Assembly (NCBI GenBank): GCA_016748015.1
Contig: JAAOMT010000484.1
Coordinates: 195,443-259,442 of the forward strand
Source: Geosiphon pyriformis uo1
Lineage: Eukaryota > Fungi > Glomeromycota
Direction of reading: 5' to 3'
Length of the DNA: 64,000 nt
Made by a program: the position numbers and the translations under genes. The number at the start of each line of letters is the position of its first letter. Positions within the stretch are counted from its first letter, which is position 1. Below the pieces are notes generated by a model. That model made no database searches and was not told the origin of the DNA. It was given only the letters and a program-made list of their open reading frames with translations. Positions 48,992 through 62,518 of this stretch are shown piece after piece.

Positions 48992-51828
48992 TCAGCTTCT
49001 TTTCCAACCTAACAACACTGTAAAAAAGAAAACAATAAATAAAATGCTGTAATGGTCGAACGAACATAGATCAATTTCAACATACCATCTTTAAAACTTT
49101 GCCAAATGCTTTTCGTCTCACAAGCTTTTGCAGTTGCTTGATTAGAAGATTGTTCATTTGTTAATTCCAATTTCTCTTCTTCTGGCCGGTCAGCCATATC
49201 CTCGTCCGGCGGAATTTCGACCGATTTATTTGCCATTTTCTGAAGAAATGCCTTGGAGATTTTGGGATACTTGTATTTATCAATCTCCAAAATCATATCT
49301 GGATCAGCTATATGTGATAAAGGATAAGGTATTTCGTCACCACTAGTCTCCTCGACTGATAAATAAGGATCATCTGATCGCGTTTTTCGCTTCCTTAATG
49401 TTGTTTCTTGTTTGATCTGATTTGTCGAAGGTGATTTTGACTTTTTATCAACCTTTGGAATCGCTTTGACAGTCGGTTTCTGCAAAGGTTTTAATGGATT
49501 TGCCTTTGGGAGATTTGAACCCATTACTGGAGTGTTTGTTGGAACAGTTTTTAATTTACTTGCCCGAAGAGGTTGTTTTCTCCGGGGTTGTTGCGGGTTA
49601 GCACGAACTGGTATATTTACACGTGCTTGTTGCTGCTTCTTTTGTCGAACTGTAGAAGGTCTTAGCTGCCTGCGTAGCAGTAGCTTAGATTTTGGTTTCG
49701 GTGTAGATTGTAATGACAAAGCCGATACTTTTCCCGTTATTAATTCAGTCTCTGATTTTTCAGATTGTGAAATGTTATCCATTACTGGTTTACAAGGTGA
49801 ATCTTGGCGCATCGAATTCTTTTGTACTTTACTATCCGACTCAATGCTCTCTTCTCTTTGTTCCATAGCATACGGATTTTCTGAAGAAATTTCCATAGCT
49901 TTGATTTCAATTTTTTCTTGCTCTGATGAAAATGAATCCTCATTTATTTTTTGAATTGAGAGATATTCAGTATATTGCTTATCTACTTCCAATTCCATCA
50001 TCATTTCATTTTCCGTTGCTTGGAATATTGATGTTTCCGGAGATTGAAGTATCTCCAAATCAAATACTTTTTCCTTTTCTTCCATAATAAACTTAGTTTC
50101 CACCTCTTTCAAAGTTTGTGTGCAAATTCCATCTTGGTCTTCATCTATTTCAGTGTCAATTTCATAATCGACTTTATCTTCCGATTCTAATGGTTCTACT
50201 TCGAAATTATTATCACCTTTCTCTTTTACCGTACACGATTCAATGAATCGGGCTTCTGCTGCTTTAGAATCCTCCCATTTTTCCGTTTGTTCATATTCAG
50301 ACGACTCCTGGTCCGACTCAACTCTTTGATCTGATTCTGAGGCAGTCACTTCGTGTTCACCATCATCAGATTCTTGTAAAGAATCATCAGGGGTATTTGG
50401 GATACGGGGGGTCTGCGGCAACTGTTGTAGTTTTTCGTACATTGCTTGGCGAGCGGAAGATGGATCATCGAATTCAAGAGCGACGATCAAATCATGATAA
50501 AATTGGGGACTAATGGTGTTTTCCTCCAATTTAATAACACTGTATGGCAAAGATTTGCCAAAATAATTCCACGGTATTTTTACTTCAATCTCGAGACGAT
50601 TAATAACCGCACAACGAACCCAACATCTAGCATCATTAATCTCTGGAAAGTCGACAGTGCTTAAATCGTGTTGAGGTCCAAAAGGTTTTATCACCAACAC
50701 ATCGCATTTCATGGTTTCGGTTGGTTTATTGAATGTAATATCAGACATCACAACTGCAACAGCGTAAGGGTCATCAATACAACTCCCAAGCATGTCTCGA
50801 CCTCCGGTACAATAAAGCCGTGAAAAGTTTCTCCTCTTTTCTGATAAATTGAAATTCACTGGAGGTATTTCTTCATCTGTGAATATTTCAAGTAAAGGTT
50901 GACAAAAAATCTCAAGTCTTTCAAGCGCCTGTCCGGTCAATACTTTTTTATTTTCTCTGACAGTTGTGATTGGTATTATGTAAAGATCACTGATTCTTTT
51001 ATTATATTGATTAAAGCATGACTCATCATATTCTTCCTCTGGTAAAGGCATTTGAGGAATTGTCGGTGATGGCTCTTCGTCAAATAAGCATTCATTTACT
51101 AATGGATATAATTCTGAAATAAAGAAATCACACATTTGTCGAGCTTCTTCATAAATTAAGGCACCAGCACGGTGAAAGGTGACCGCGTTGACCATAATCT
51201 GGATTATATCAGCATACAAATCTGATATCTTTTTGTATTTTCCTCCCCATAATTTTTGCTCAGCAGTTGTTAAGTCCATTAATTTATGAATTTGACTTCG
51301 ATAATAGTAGGCATCGAAAGGGACTTGATTTACGAAAGGACGCGAAAAAGCATGGGATAATAAATGGTCGAATATGTATGTTCCAACACGAATAAGTTCT
51401 TCACGTGATAGTCTTCGTGGTTCTTCTTTTACTTGTACCTTGCCAATAAATGTAACAAGTGTCTCTATCATAGAGGACGGAGGAGGTGGTAGCAAGGTTT
51501 GACTTGTTTCAGAGGGTTTTCTTTTCGGTCGTTTTACTCCTCTTTTAACAACGGAGTGTTCTGTGGGAACCGGTGGTTCTGGAGACATTACGACGTTACT
51601 CTCTTCAGGGCTCCCTGCTATTGCCTTTCTATTTCTACTTCCTTTCGGTCGTCCAGCTTTTCGTTTTTGCTCGAAACCTGTCGTTTCTTCAGTGTCGTCG
51701 TCGGTGGGTGTATTTGGTTGTTCGTCGAAACTTCCCTGGTCAGGCTGACTAGAAATATCACAGGTACTTGGAGTAGAAGTCATTGTTTCAGCAGTTTTGA
51801 CACCATTTCTGGGTCTAGGGATGGCCAT
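48992..51828 (-). CDS. AT-hook plus bromodomain-like chromatin protein (~920 aa) with acidic and basic disordered regions
   Basis: 942-codon open frame; KAGRPKGSRNRK AT-hook; SRPFVNQV..DAYYY....KLMDL....KY.....DI..MVNAVTFH bromodomain; probable last intron 49018-49085 (GTATGT..TACAG) giving KDVLLGWKRS*. Confidence 0.85.
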
Positions 51829-52266
51829 TTTTAACAATTATACTTTTTTCACTCCTGTCAACAACTGAAACTCACTTTTGGACCCACGAAGACCAAAATA
51901 TCTGAATTGACGAGAGGAAATTGGATAGTCAGAAAAATAATAAAACTTTATGAATTGGCAAAGCAAAATGATGATTTACCTTGTCTCACCGAGTCACCGG
52001 GTAGTCTGGAATGATAGACTGTTGGTATTTAGTTACATCTGGCCATTGGAGTTTTTTTTGAAACGGTTTGGTCACTTGGTCGATATCCAATGATTGAAAC
52101 ACATGCAAAATTTGCTCTCTCCGGCATCCGACTTTAACTTAAATAACTCCGGACCATCCGGCCTATGTTAGAACGATTCTTGAATAAATTGATTAAACTG
52201 CGGATCTTAGAGCCACAGGCATGGGTTGAAAAGTTAAAGATCAACACGCATTGATATTATTATTGT

Positions 52267-54755
52267 TCAGCAGTTTATTAGGTACCAAGATATTGAAATG
52301 GTTCTTTGAAGGTATTTTATTTTAACTAGTAATATATTATTATCATTATTATTATCATTATTATTATTATTATTATTGAATTTTTTCTTTTTCTAAAAAT
52401 ATTTTCGAGTAAAAAAGCAACAGGAAAATAAGAGTAAGAAAAAATTGGAAAATAATAGTTGAAATATTAATAGAAGAAAAACGATTTGATTTTACTTACC
52501 TCCATCTGTTCTTCGAACTTCAACCTGATTCGGAACATCATTGATAACCATAGACCATCGAAGGCTAGGTATTCGTCGTCGATCTGATTTTAATTTTTCC
52601 AACATTTCTTTGTCAACATGACCTAATGTTGAGCCTGAGAAAAAAAATTCAAGATGAAGAGTTTAGTTATCGGGAGGAAAAAGATTTGAATAAATATAAG
52701 GTTAATTGATGGATAACTTACTACGCTGTAACTCGCCCAGACTTCTGCCTCTTGGGATTTCATTGGCGAGTATATATCCTGAAATTCAATTTTTTCCATT
52801 AAATTAGATATTTACAATGAAAAGCTTTAATCACATCTAATTTATTTTACCTCTTTGAGAATCACGTGTTTTATATTGTTGTGCTGGATGGGAATCTTGT
52901 GCTCTTTCTTTTCCTTTATCGCTTCTGCTGTCGTTCTGTAACCTGGTATTTTCATGGATTGAATCCTTGACTACAGATCTTACAGATGTTGATTGGGTTC
53001 TTGATGATGCTGTCAAATCGTTGAAAATTGAAAGACATTATTTTAATTTCAAGTGTCGAAAAATTCAAATTTATTCCATAATACATTACACTGCTTTCGG
53101 ACCATAGCATGAGTATCACCAGTTTGAGGATTAAACAGTGTGAATGTATCAGAATTTCTCGGTTCTGGAAGATTGGGATAATGTAAAAGTCGACTAGTAT
53201 AAAATGCCTGTGGGTGTACAGTATTATTCGATGAAACATTGGCTTTGGGTAAATGGTGTGTTTTGACTCGTTTCGTAGATTTTGGTCCTGTAAATGGTGC
53301 TTTTCCATCAGATAAGAATCTCCATTTATATGAAACAGCCAATAAATCAGAAGTTGTAGGTCGTTTATTAGGATCTGCATCCCAACATCTTAACATTGCC
53401 GCTACATAGCCCCGTGGTGTCCCTTCAATAATTGATGGCCTTAATCCATTGCAAATATCACGTGCCAGTAAATAATCATGTGCCCGATCAGCAAAGGGAG
53501 GTTCATTTGAGGACATTTCCCACATAATCATGCCTAAACTGTAGATATCTGCTGCCTGGGTATATTTTCCACCACGTAAGACTTCCGGAGCTACATATGG
53601 TAAGACTCCGTATATTTTTTTGGCATCTTCCGGTTCATTAACTGGTCGACACATTCCCAAATCGGTTACGTAAACAAGTTTTTCATGGCGTAGAATATTA
53701 CCGCTGGTAAAAAATTTGAATTGAATTAAATATTTTCCAAGCAAATCCATTTATGAAATTTTATTTTATGTAAAAATACAGTCAAGAAAAACCGAACTGA
53801 ATACCTATGAAAATCGCGATGGACTAAACCTTCATCGTGAATTTCTTTTAAACCTTTGGTGACATGATCAAATAATTGAATCTTTTCATCCCAAGATAAA
53901 TCGGCATAATATTGGCTAAGGTATCGTCGAAGATTTCCGTGATCTGCAAATCGCATTGCCATCACATATCGACCTGTCTCAGGATCCTGACTCACTCCGT
54001 AACAATCAATAATTCCGGAGCCGAGACTGCATCGATGATGAGCCCGAAGCTTGTGATAAACAGATAAAAAATCAAAATATGAGCATTTGATGAATTTTTT
54101 TAGAGTGATCAATAATTCAAAAGGTAGATGGTATATAAAATCAACTTGAGCGTTGTTTTTCTGTTTCGGCCTACATTCATTCACTTTTCCTTCAATTTTT
54201 CTTACCTCATCTAGAAAATCCTGTGTTAGATTATCTGAATTGTCAAGAAACTTGAGTGCAACTTTACCCCAAGATTCAGAATTGGCCGAAAATACTGATC
54301 CAAAACCACCCTTGGCAATAAATTGTAAGTCTGTAAAGGAGTCAAAAGGTATCCATTGCATATAATCAAAAGGTGTATTGGCGTTTAGTTGAGTTTCTCG
54401 GATGAATGTGTCCAATTCTAAGTTTCCACTGGTCCATAATTCAAAATTTCCTTTTAGGCGGCCAGTATCACAGGGTCGACACCAACCAATAGACGTTCGT
54501 GAATTACCACATTGGGGACACCGGCTAACTGATTCACGAGCTGTTGGATTTGTTAGGCTTTCGCCTGTCTTTTGAAAAGCATTTTCGGGTACATTAATGC
54601 CGACCTCTTTGGCTATTTTTGTTAAGAGGCAAAAGAGTTGAAGGGTAAGAGATGATTTAAAATGAAATTGTTTAGCAATTGAAGGAAGGGAAACGATCGA
54701 AGCAACGTAGTGCAGAAAACATACCCAACGACCTAAGCATAGCTGCGTAATCCAT
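52267..54755 (-). CDS. Multi-exon tyrosine-kinase-like protein kinase (CxxC/WTSGN N-terminus)
   Basis: CPQC...WCRPC, WTSGN, AKGGFGSV, VALK, HRDFH|SGNIL (split by an intron), DLG, YGVLPYVAPE, DIYSLG; GT-AG introns. The 3' exons are less certain. Confidence 0.9.
52335..52378. repeat. (ATT)n microsatellite, intronic
   Basis: attattattatcattattattatcattattattattattattatt. Confidence 0.8.
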
Positions 54756-56399
54756 TATTGTTATTAATGTGTTCGAAACAAGAAATTCAATCTAAGGGCA
54801 ACCAATTATCAAGCGTGTTATTCCTTTGTGGGAAATGGTGGAAATGTTTTTGACGGGATGCCGACAAAATGCAAGGGCGTTTTTTGGAGTACAAAAGATG
54901 ATAGAGGAAAATAGCAAAATGAAGACTTTATTCTTGATAATAGCAGTGATGGTAGTTCAATTTTTTTAGCGATTGGCTGAATTTTCTGTGTTCACAGTAA
55001 AAGGGCCCCTTGGAGAAACGGTCCCTCTTGTGGGAAGCTTTATTTCTCGTATCCCTTATGCGGCGTTGAATATACCGCGAGTTCAGGAGTGAGCGAGAAG
55101 CAGGGATAAAAAGACTTTTGGCAACTTGGTGTAGCAATGACAGATAAATTTTTGGTATATACTGAACCGCATTTAATATTGTTGCCAATACAAATTTCTG
55201 ACAGTTTGTGTTGAAATATCATATGAATTGGCGGTATAGCAGATAATTTTTAATTAGTTGGATCTCAAAATTCTTTAAAGCCAAATTGGTATTTAGATAT
55301 TCAACTTCCCGTTCTTTACGGTATTATACCGTTGACGGTCACCCATGTTTAGGATCGAATGTGGTTTGTTTCGGAATCAGCCGGAATCTTGTGAACAGGT
55401 AAATCATTATATAGCATAGTATTGGTAGAGAAGAACGCCCATTCCTTAAAATTTTTCACGAGCTTGCAAACAAAATATTAATGCCTTCTTGAAATTATCC
55501 CCAATGGTTCCTAGAACAGTGAAGAAACACGGCGTGGGAGAGGCCAACCTTGAAAAAGATAATTGAATGGTGCCATTTAATTGCGACACGTTCTTTAATT
55601 AAACCCGTTCAAAGTACACAATTTGCCGTTGCTTTAGTATCATTAGAATCGTCCCGGAATTATCCGAATTTTAGTATCAAAAACCGTTCATTGTTGTACA
55701 TCAAAAATAGCATCGTCTGTCGCGTCGCCTTTATTATTCTTCCTTTGGTGTTACGTGTTATTTTCTTTATACAATAAGTTTTCCCACGCTTAGGCAAACA
55801 TGCTTGTAAGACCATATGATTCAACTTGCATGTCAAGAAACATACATAAATACTTCGAATGTAAAACATCCAAATGGAATATTATGGGGTTTTTTAAAAC
55901 AAATGTGATCTCGAACCATTCGAACGGAAAATAGATTCCTACATTTCAAGCCTTGGAAGTATTGTTAAAGGAAGGAAGGGGTTCAGGGAACATAAAAGCA
56001 CCGAATTGCTTAATAATTACAGAGAAGTGAGTATGAGCTTGCATTGGAAATGCAAGAAATGAGTGGTGATATTGGAGCGCAAGTGGGATTCTGATGTTGG
56101 AGCGCAGGTGACCTTCTGGGTTGTTCTTTCGTTCAAGCCGAGCTCGGCGGATGAGATCTTTTAATATTTATTGTCATCCAAGATTTCAAGGTAATTTTAT
56201 TAACACTATAATTGAGGATACTGGACCTGACCGCAAATTTGCAAAAAAATAGGAAACATGCTTATAAACAAAATTCATATCCACCAGCCAATATGAAAAA
56301 CAGTAAAATCAATTCCAAAATTTTTGTTTAATAAACTACAAATTTAGATTCAGATTGTAATGAATAGATTATGGTAATTATAATATAAATTCAAGTATT

Positions 56400-59300
56400 G
56401 AAACAGTTAATAAAAACAGTTCAAATAGTATTTGTAATTTTAAACATCTACATAAATTACAAGTTTTATGTTTTTTCATTTTCTTGAGTTAACACATTTT
56501 TATACAGCTTATTATATTTTTATTGGCTAAAAATTAAGAAACAAAACAAATTATATTTTAATAATAAATTTTTGTATTAAAATTTATTATTTGAAATAAA
56601 AATTGTATTTAATATATTATTAAAATTAAAAGTCTAATTTGCTGTCTATTTTTAATAAAAATGTTAAAAAAATTTATTAATTGATTTTAAAAACAATATT
56701 TGGAACAACATTTTATTATATGTGTAAATATATAATTAATATTTAAAATAAAATAATACTATAAATAACCAATATAAAATTTAAATATATAACAAAAAAT
56801 AATAAACAATTTAAAAAAATTTTTGTATTTTTATTTTTATCTAAAATAAAATAAACTTTTTTTTATTGTTTTTAATAATTTAAATAATTAATAACTCTTT
56901 CTTTTATTCATTTTTTAATTATAAATAAAGCAAAAAAACATTTAAAAAATATTTTATTACTTTTTTTTATAAATTATTAATTTTAAAACATTTTTGTTTA
57001 CAAGTTTGAATTTAGTAAGTATTTTTATTGCTAATTTAACTAAAAAAAATAAAAAAGTTGGCTGTTGAACTTTTATGATACATTTTCTGTTAATTTATTA
57101 AATATAAAAATGTTAAAATTTAATATAAGTTTTATATCTAGATTTTAAAAAAGTAAAATAAACAATAATATTAAAAACATAAAAAATATTTATGTAAAAA
57201 AACAAGTATTATTAATAATAAAAAATAAATGTTTTTAAATTTATAAATAAAATAACTTTTAAAACTATTATATTTAATTCTATATGTTAAATAAGTTTGT
57301 TAAATAACTTAATTTTGGTATTTTAAATAATAATAATATTTTATGTTTTTTTTCTGTATTTAATAAATTAAAATTTTTTGTTTTGGCTTTTACAAAAAAC
57401 TATTTAATTTAGTAAAGTTTTTTGTATTGAATATTAATCTATTAGTAATTGTTGAAAAAAACTTCTAAAATAAGTTAAAATTTATTATAAAATTGTTTTA
57501 TTAAATAAATAGTTTTAAAAATATTTTTACATTTTTAAAATTTTATAATTATTAGATCTATATTTATTTTTAAATTAAGCTTAAACAAAACTAAAAAATT
57601 GGTAATCAAAACAAATAATATAACTAATATTAATTTAAAATATAAATATATGTATAAATTAGAAAATAATTATTAAAAAAAATTTTAATTAATTTTTTTA
57701 AGTTAATTATAAAAACAGTTTTTGTTAAATTTAATAAAATAATATTAAATAAATTATAGTTATTAATTTATAACAAAGATTATAATAAAATTTGCTAATA
57801 GTAAAATTACTAAATTAATAATTTTTAAATAATTAATTTTTATAAATAAAAATTTAATGTATATAATAAAAGCTAATATTAATAAACTTTTATGAATTTT
57901 TAAAAATTATTATTAAATACTTTTTACTATTTGATAATAGATATAATAGTTTATAATTTTTTTAATTTGGTAACTTTTTATAATAAAAAACTTTTATAAT
58001 TAGTTAAAATCTAGTTTATATATTTGTATTAAATATATAACAGTTTGGTTCAAAAATAAAATATTATAAAAAATTGTTTTTTATATTATTTTAATTTTTA
58101 AAAATATAAATTTGTATTGAATTAAATTGTTTTTGTTATTATATACAAAATAGAAGCAAAGTTAAATATATATTTATTAAATATAATTTAAATAAAAAAT
58201 TTTTAATTATATTAAAATAATATAAATATAATTAATAAATAATAATAACTAATATATATATAACAAAAAACAAATTTTTATTGTTTATTTTATTTTTTTA
58301 ATAATAAATTGAATACAGATTGTAAATACTTTTTTTTTAATAATATAAGTAATATATTAATACTGTAATTAATTATTATTATTTAAAAATTTTGGTAAAT
58401 TTAAAAGTTTTTATTGTTGAATTTTTTATATAAAAAACAGTAATTTAAGATTCAATAATTAGTAATATTCTGTATCTTATTTTTTTGGTATAATAATTAA
58501 TTTATTTTAGTGTTTTTTATTTTTTTTGGTAATTTATTTAACTATTAATAAATTATTTTTATATTTATTTTGTATTTTTTACCAAATTATTTATAATATT
58601 ACAATCTTAGTACTTATTTTTTAATTAATTAGTTTAATAAAACAATAAAATAAAAAAATAAAAATTAGTAAATTATAATTAAAAATTATTGTTTTAGTAT
58701 ATTAAATTTTTTAAATATATGTTTTTAATATTAATTGCTTTTATTAAACAATATATTATTAATAAATAATTTAACAATATAAACAATAATTCATATATTT
58801 TGATAATTTTAATTAATAAATTTATTGTAAATTTATTTAATTATTAAATATTTTTTTTAATACTATTATTATATATATAACTTTTATAATATAATATGTT
58901 TTAGTATTTTTAATTATTTTTATACTTTTTTTAAGTTATTATTAGTATTTTTGACATTTCTAAAATTATTGATATTTCTGTTAATATTTCTAAAATTTTA
59001 AGTATTTTTGGCATTTTTAAAATCTTTAAACATTTTTAAAATTTTTAAAATCATGTTATTTTATTGTTTTTAATATACAATTAATTAATTTATGCTATAT
59101 ATTAATTGTTTTTTATTTTTTTATTTTTTTAGAATAATATTAGTTTTTTGTTTAGTTTTTTTTCTAATATTTATTTTTTTATAAATGTTGATTTTTTTTT
59201 AAAATCAAAAATAAGCATATTAAAAAAATATAAAGCTTTTTTAAATAAAATTTTAAGTTAAATTTTTTGTTTTTAGTTTTTTGGCTCTTAATTTGGCTTT

Positions 59301-60110
59301 TTTTCTGGCTTTAATTTTTGGTTTAAATATGATTTTAAATATTTTTTTCTTTTTTTTTATCTGTTTTTTCTAAGTTTTTTACTTTAAATTTTAAATTAAA
59401 TAGCTTAAAAGTTAAGATGACTGAACTTATAAGTTTTTTTAATATTATTTTTTTGAAATTAAATTTTTTGTTTAATAATAATAGTATTTTTTATTCTTTT
59501 TTTCAATAATTGATTTAATTTAAAAAATTGCCACATAATATTAGAAACATAAGAAATTATACAATAAAATAACATAAAAATACAAATAATAGGATTTTAT
59601 TATTATTAAAACAAAGTTAAAATATTAGATCAAATCTTAAATTATAAACAAATTTAATAAAGTACATGTATTTATATCTGATTTGAATTCTGGTTACTTG
59701 AATTTTAGAGTTGCAATCATTATAAATTTTAATTTAATAAAACATAGTTGTAAAGGTTTCAAAGTTCTAAATTAGCTTTTGCCAGTTTATTTGTTATTTA
59801 GAAATAAACTTTTAGTTATTATTTTGAGTTTGTATGCTGGAGCATTATTGGATGTAAGGCTAAATTAGACTGTTAATATTAATGTTTTAATTGCTAAAAC
59901 TGCAAACATTAATATATTTGTGATGTTAAAGAGTAATATCAAAAATAATTTTGAATAAATTAAAACAAAATTTTTTATTGAATTAAAAAATAATGGCATT
60001 TTATTTATATTTTTAATATGTTTTATTAAAAACTTTTATTGAAAGTATTTAAAAACAAAACAACACAACACAATACAAAACTTAAAATTTTATTTTATTT
60101 TATGTTTTTA
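56400..60110. other. ~3.7 kb extremely AT-rich, ORF-free tract
   Basis: No ORF of 60 aa or more in the track; G/C rare, CpG essentially absent. Confidence 0.8.
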
Positions 60111-60721
60111 GCAATTTCTTTAAGTGTACAAAAGTATCGTCCTTGTAATCTATTTTGAAATCCGATTTACCCTTTTTATAGGGTTTAATAATATTAATCA
60201 AGATATGCTTCATCCAGCAAATGATTGAATATATCTGATTTTATCAACTCATGTTTAATAATATAAAAAACAAATATTCATAAATATTTATAGAATACAT
60301 TAGGGAAAATTCCTTTAGGGTTTTCAGAAATTTCAGTGAAATATCAATTCAATTATCGTTTTAAAGTTGTAGCATGTTCCTTATTATCGAATCCTCTTTT
60401 TATAAAAATGAAATTTATGTTATTTGTGAAAAAACCTTATAATCTCAAAATTGATGAAATATTTAAAGAAACAAATATATATATATATACATTGAATTTT
60501 ATTTCCTAAATGTCCATAGAGAATAAAGAAACAAATTCTTGAAGGATGAAAACCATGTGAGATATAAAATATATCATTAAGATTATTTATTTAATAGATA
60601 AATGCGTTTATTTCCAGAGACATTTAGAAAATAAAATCCAATGCATTTATTTTATTATTTTTTAAATATAATTGAGAATTATAAGAGATGCTTCATCAAT
60701 CCTAAAAAGAAACATTAATTC

Positions 60722-60902
60722 ATTAATTTGAAATACACCTATGATCTTGGCACTCTCGAATCATATTCAGCCTTGCTTCAGACAGCTATCATCTTTTATC
60801 CTTTGAAATGAACCAGTTAGGTTTATCTGTTTAGTTTGAGTGAAATTTCGAGGCTGAATACGATTCGAGAGTGCCAAGATCATAACTGTATGTCAAATTA
60901 AT
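60722..60902. repeat. Inverted repeat with ~54-bp arms (MITE-like or hairpin)
   Basis: 60722-60775 pairs with 60849-60902 with ~5 mismatches; core TATGATCTTGGCACTCTCGAATC / GATTCGAGAGTGCCAAGATCATA. Confidence 0.85.
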
Positions 60903-61051
60903 AAATAAATAAATCGGATTTTGTTTCTTAAAACTTTGTAGAGAATACACACATTTGGTCATCATATAAACTATCTCAGTTACATTACATCTCTCACATT
61001 GTCTTTCATCCTTTAAAAATTAGCTATAATTGAATTTTCTTTTAAATTGAA

Positions 61052-62518
61052 ATGCACTTTAAACTCAATCTTCAAAGCAGATCTAAAATTATAATGGCAA
61101 CTTTCATCTTATTGATATTTTATTTTTGGATGCCCGGAAACCAAAAAAATTTAATAGATTTAAAAGGCTTTCAAAATATTAAGTTCGCACAAAAATTAGA
61201 TACAAATCAAGATTTTTCAATTATAAGGAAGTGGATGAATCTTACAAAGTTTTCACTAAATACGAATCAAGCTATAAGACGTTCACAATCACAAAACAAA
61301 TTGCCAATCGACTTTAAGGAAATTCTTACGTCCATTCTCAACGCTCCAGGTTTGATAAATTTTGTAGACTGTGCAGGACTAATAACATTGGCTCAAAAGT
61401 GCCCGGTTTGCAAATAAGAGGTATTTTATTGTACAATCAAATATTCTAATGTTAAGACTATTTTCTAAAAAGAAAATGTTTTAGTGCATGCACATCTCTG
61501 GGAAACGGTCTATGGTACCTCCCCAACGAGAGGTATACTGATTTAACAATAATATTTATCGGCCCAGTAAGATCTTTGATTTTCATGAATGATATATCTT
61601 TTTTTTCACCGAAATAACATCAATAATTTCTCTTTTACTTCAAAGAAATTAAAAAAGCAAGAATGGAGTTCGAGAAATCCAATATTAGTACAGCCAAAAC
61701 CTAAAGAGCTACTGTATTTACCCCTGATAACCGAACGTGTTGATTCACAATTGCTTAAAGAAGTAGAACTATTATTCCCTCAGTTAAAAACAGCTATTCG
61801 GGAGTACTTGAAGGACCCTTTAATCAATGGTTTTTCTGATATCTTGTTTGTTGGGCATGGTCTTGGTGGAGGTTTTTTACTTAAATATTTCTATATTTTA
61901 GTAATCAAAGTAAAATTGAATTATATTTTAACTTTTAATAAGATAAATTGTATTTTCAATATAATAGCATACGCTTCAATTGCTGGTTATCTGTGGGCAA
62001 AGCATATAACCCGAGTATCAGGACCTCATATTAGCCGTTTTATTCCGGAAATACATACTTTTGGAGCTCCAAGAGTTGGAAACAAGGAATTTAGTGAAAG
62101 CGCAAATATGGAAATAGACCATTATCGCATGACCTATGGAAACGATCATGTTCCACACTTTCCATTTGCTACAATGGGGTGGAAGCATTTTGGTTATGAA
62201 ATATGGATTGAGCCATTAGATACGTGTGATTGTACTGAGGATCAAAAGAAATATTGGGATTGTAATGGTGTTGAGCTTTCAAGGGAAAACAAAAATACAT
62301 GGATTGATGATGAGAATGAGGTCAGTCAACACTTGTCCAATTATGAAATATTTTACACTGGAAAACTGAAAAAGTTGTGCTATTTATTTTAGGAATGTAA
62401 TGCAGGTCAACCAATAGACAAGATTCCAGACCAATTTTTTCATAATGGCCCTTATTTCGGAGTTGAAATGAGCAATTGCGAACAAATTGAAGGGTTTAAA
62501 AAAGTATTCATATATTAG
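61052..62518 (+). CDS. Class-3 lipase-like protein, probably secreted or anchored, nucleophile Ser replaced by Gly
   Basis: Hydrophobic N-terminus; FVGHGLGG, TFGAPRVGN, NDHVPHFP..GWKHFGYEIWI, HNGPYFG; introns ~61872-61967 and ~62321-62392; 5' exon structure uncertain. Confidence 0.85.

Noticed and set aside
54928-55869. Small ORFs upstream of the kinase
   Set aside because: No recognisable domains or consistent exon chain; probably promoter/UTR.
56213-60143. Terminal inverted repeats bounding the AT desert (GAGGATACT vs AGTATCGTCC)
   Set aside because: Similarity too short and gapped; no TSD found.
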